From contig OZ024743.1 of assembly GCA_964016885.1 (NCBI GenBank), forward strand, positions 113,088,001 through 113,152,000: a stretch of DNA of 64,000 nucleotides, written 5' to 3'. Source of the stretch: Eledone cirrhosa. Its lineage: Eukaryota. Below, one piece after another: positions 59,972 to 64,000 of the stretch. Position 1 is the first letter of the stretch, and every line of letters starts with the position of its first letter. Below the pieces are notes generated by a model. The model did not search any database. It saw only the letters and a list, made by a program, of their open reading frames with translations, and was not told the DNA's origin. Position numbers and translations under genes: made by a program.

Positions 59972-61349
59972 TCATAATAATAATAAGTCACCGCTACCAG
60001 ATGCACCTCATGTACATCCGAAGATGCTGTTGGGATCAGGTTTAGGAGATCAGCAAAGTATTCTCACCACCTCGCGAGGATGCACTTCTCTGAAGAGAGA
60101 CGAACCCTAAATGCCTTCTTGATAGCAGATGTAGAGGTCTCTCAGGAATAAGTGGGTGAAGAAAAGAAAAAAGAAGAAACCTCCCCTTTCCTGCCACACA
60201 GTGGGATCAAACCGGGAACTGTGTAAGTATGAAATGGATTGTGTAACCTCATATCCATACCTGTATAGAAGTTAGTTGATAATCAATATGAAAAATATTT
60301 ATAGTTTTGTATAGAGCAAGCTTAAAGAACAGTAGAGGAACTAATTCAATATAATAAATTCAATAGATGTAACACACTGTGATAACAAATAAAGCACACA
60401 TTAAGTGTGTTCAATGAACTGAATGCACTGAAGCTATGGAATAGATGATCACCTTAACAAAAACTCCATCAAACAGAACAACATATGCATTATACACAAT
60501 TATAAAACTAGCATTAATAATTAATGTATTACAAAAACTGAAAAAATCTCTTCATTGAGAGAATACCACAAGCCTGCAAGCACTGAATAAACTTCTAATG
60601 GTTGCTAATATAATGTAATTTACAAATTTATATGCAAACTTTTATAGTTATGAACTTCATTTTTCACAAAATTAAGGGAAATAGTAGCCAATTGTCTTTC
60701 CTCATATCCTCCATCTATCCATCAATCAATAGACCTGTAACACCTGATGGAATCATACAGATACTGTAGTGATGTATGTTATGTCTTGAGCAATCTAAAC
60801 TTGGCAGAGACCACCCCTCTCCATGTCTGAATACAGTCAATTTTCTTTCAGGAAAAAATATTTTTTAACCTTGAAGGGATGAAAGGCAAAGTTGACCTCA
60901 GTATGATTTGAACTTAGTATGCAGAGAGCTGGAACAAACACCACAAAGCCTTCTACCCAATGTTCTAACAACTCTGTCATATGCTTCTATACTTAAAAAA
61001 AAAAGAGGGGAGGACATATTGAACAGTGTAAACCTGGATATACAAAAAGTTGAGATGGACAGAATTACTTGATCAATCTGGGGCTAAACAGGAACAACAG
61101 GCTAGAGGTATATAATTATTTATATACCTCTATTAGAAATTGATTGAATACTTTCTAAATACAAATTAATTTCCAGTGAACAACTCATGAAAAAACAAAC
61201 ATCATATTAAATGACTATAAACATTTCAACATACATGAGTGGGTCCCTGTGAAACATATACACATCCACAAGGTCTGAACACAAAAGAACCAAACTCCCA
61301 CTGTCACTGCCTCTTTCGCTTTCCCCATCTCCCACTATTATGAATAAAT

Positions 61350-61825
61350 AGGGGCCCACGCACTGGCCACCCTGCAGTCCCGGCGGACAGAATGGAGAAG
61401 GCATTTCCCCGGAGGATGGTGAGGGAGACACGCTGGAAGAGCCATTCCACCTTGCGAGGCTCACACCTGCGGATAGCCAACTCTGTACTGATGATGGTGG
61501 TGAGCAGGGAGGTGGTTCTAGAGCCAAGGACACCAGAAGTCTCCACTGCCACTGGCTTGACTGCAAACATGTCGGAGAGCGACCGATATTTGAAAAGTTT
61601 ACCCTTCTTAGCCTGGAATGCAGTGGAGCCTGGGTCAATTGCAGACTGCACCAGGTTGCCACTGGAGAATGTGTTAGTGCATGTGACATCCTAGATGAGG
61701 GTTTACCACCGCTGAACAGAAAGATGGTGATGTCCTCTGGCCTTTTGCTATCCCCTCAGTCCAGCTTCACCAGCTGGAGCTGAGAGGGAAAGCCTGCCAC
61801 ACCAAAACCATGCTTTATGAGCAGG
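61350..61825 (-). mobile_element. CRE-like RLE 3' fragment
   Basis: DSKRPEDITIF..GKPSS.DVTC; KPVAVETSGVLGS...WLFQRVSLTILRGNAFSIL. Confidence 0.82.
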
Positions 61826-62074
61826 CTAGATAAAATATCAGTTGATAACACATCTTCATAGCAATTCTTCAATGTCTAGATGATTAGAAGCTATCATCAC
61901 CATTTAACATCTATCTAATTTCCATACTTGAGTTGACAGGTTGTCACAAACTGAAGCTCAACTGGTCATATGAACATATTTTGATTATATGTTCAGTTTT
62001 TTACTTGGTTTCTACAGCTGGATTCCCTTCCATTGTACAATGTGTACTGGGAGCATTTTATCATAACTTTATCA

Positions 62075-62515
62075 CTACTACCTTTCAGGGTGCACAGGGC
62101 GTTTTTTTTCTGTTTTGTTATAATATCAGCATCACCCCTTTACAGGGTGGATTGGGCACTTCTTGTGGCACCAACACTACCACTTTACTGGGTGGACAGG
62201 GTGCTTTTTGTGGCACTAACAGTAATAACTAGCTGTTTTTTGTCATAACACCAGCTGTACTGCCTTAGAAGTGGGCTGGGTTCTATTTTGTTGCAATAGC
62301 ACTGCTGCCTTACAGGGTGGGTTAGGTGCTTTTCTGTGGCACCTGAACTATTGCCTTACAGGGGGAACTGGGTGCCTTTTGTGATGACCCCAGTATTGGC
62401 ACCATATAAAGAGGATTGGATGTTTTATCATCTTACAGAGAGGACTGTGTGTGATTTGTTAAGACACTGGTACTATCACATTACAGGGAAGATTGGATGC
62501 TTTTTAGTGTGGCAC
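62075..62515. repeat. Degenerate ~45-bp minisatellite
   Basis: Recurring ttacagggtgg.ttgggtgctttt.gtggcacc. Confidence 0.65.
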
Positions 62516-62638
62516 ATAAATAGCAAATTACAACATGAAATCCAACAAACATTTTTTTGTAATGCTAAGACAGGCGGAAAGAGATAGGCCACGCCCATGA
62601 AACCTTTTTTGGGGAGAGGCAGTGAGGAGAAAGAATCC

Positions 62639-63059
62639 TTAACCCTTTAGCATTTACATTGCTCTATATTTACTATTATATTTTTACGGTAAATGCTTTA
62701 TCTCACATAATATCAAATCTATGAGATTTTGTACTATTTATTTTGAGAACAATACCTTAATACCAGTATGAGCAGCCGGTTACAGCCGGTTTGAACAGAA
62801 AGGGGTGAGAGAATTCTGGCTGGATACGGCTATTTAACCCTTTAGTATTCACATTACTCTATATATACTATTATATTTTCATGGTAAAGGTTTTACCTCG
62901 CATAATTATCTCACAGATATTGAAAGTATTTATTTTGAGAACAATACCTTTACATCAGTTTGAGCGACCACTTACAGCCTGTTTCAACAAAATGAGTGAG
63001 AGAATTCTGGCCGGTTTTGGCCGTTTTGAACATTAAAGGGTTAAATGCTAAAGGGTTAA
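62639..63059. mobile_element. Nested pair of family P MITEs (inner copy 62834-63044)
   Basis: The inner copy is inserted at the TTAA within the outer copy's right TIR; the region ends aaagggttaaatgctaaagggttaa. Confidence 0.85.
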
Positions 63060-64000
63060 ACTGATGTGAATTCTTGTAGCAAAGTTGACTCCACTAAAAG
63101 GCTCCAAGGACCTAGAGATGGTAGATGACAGAATAAGTCTACCACTTAAGAACTCAAAATACATGAACCTTGAACAAGTACTGCAAGGTATTTCAAGCAA
63201 AATTTTAACAATTGTGCCAATCTACTACTCTAGTCTTTTGAAAGGATAATAAACAAAGTTCTTTAAACTCTGAACACAGCAGAGAACTAGAATGAATGTG
63301 ATGAGACATTTTATTCTATGGTCTAAGAATTCTGCCCATTCACGCCCCTAATAAAAACAAATAAAACAAAACCAGTCAAAGGGCAGAAATACTCATAAGA
63401 GTCAACGGCCATCTAAAAAAAAATCAAAAAAAAAATCCTGCCAAGTAGTTCCAGCTGCATGCATCAAAAGACTGGTGTAGTGGTTCTGAGAACAATGCAG
63501 CTTTGCAGATGATCAATGCAAATTGACAATGGAAAGGCGCTTCCGCTTGAGTTAGAAGAGAACTATTGACTTTCATAAGAAGCAGCGACCCCTGATTGTA
63601 TTCAGCAAACATAGAGGCACTGGAAAGAGCCATGGCTACTGCCCTCTCTGCACTGAGATAATAATAAAATAATAAAATAAAAATAGCCAATATAAAACGA
63701 AGATCTTTTTCATGATTCTTACCTTCAATAAAAAAAATATATTGGCAATAACAACTGCCACTAAATCATTTCAATTGGCAAATAAGACAAGGAAAGTCTT
63801 GAAATATTGATGTTCTCTGGAACTTTATTGTTTGAAATAAAACATTAAATTCCTAATAAATAGTTAAAAGATTTGTATGATACTGTGTTTTCAAAACTAC
63901 AAGTTTAAAGAAAAATCAGCTCACATCTACACAACATGTCTGTGTGTGTGAGAGAGTGTGTTTATAAATGTTAGTAATAAAACACATCTTTTTTTTTTGC

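Overview
Eukaryotic (animal) repeat-dominated, AT-rich, non-coding DNA, most likely intronic or intergenic. The density of (TA)n/(CA)n/(GA)n microsatellites and the tRNA-headed SINE family suggest a cephalopod (Octopus-like) genome; this is inference. No intact host gene is visible and most long ORFs in the track are microsatellite artefacts. Recognisable content: the 3' end of a Gypsy LTR retrotransposon, a frameshifted Penelope-like element (RT + GIY-YIG) plus fragments of other PLE families, several CRE-like RLE non-LTR retrotransposons, RTE LINEs (one near full length with a PHD-like finger, one with a twin-priming 5' inversion and 13-bp TSD), about 20 copies of a tRNA-derived SINE, and piggyBac-, mariner-, pogo- and hAT-type MITEs. 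The most striking hidden signal is about a dozen minimal type I hammerhead ribozymes from at least six unrelated sequence families. Most have a palindromic stem III, several occur as inverted pairs, and many lie in or beside (TA)n tracts. One of them sits in a near-identical, circularly permuted 467-bp unit plus inverted copy (45582-46591) that looks like a retrotransposed ribozyme-bearing circular RNA (retrozyme or Penelope pLTR system).
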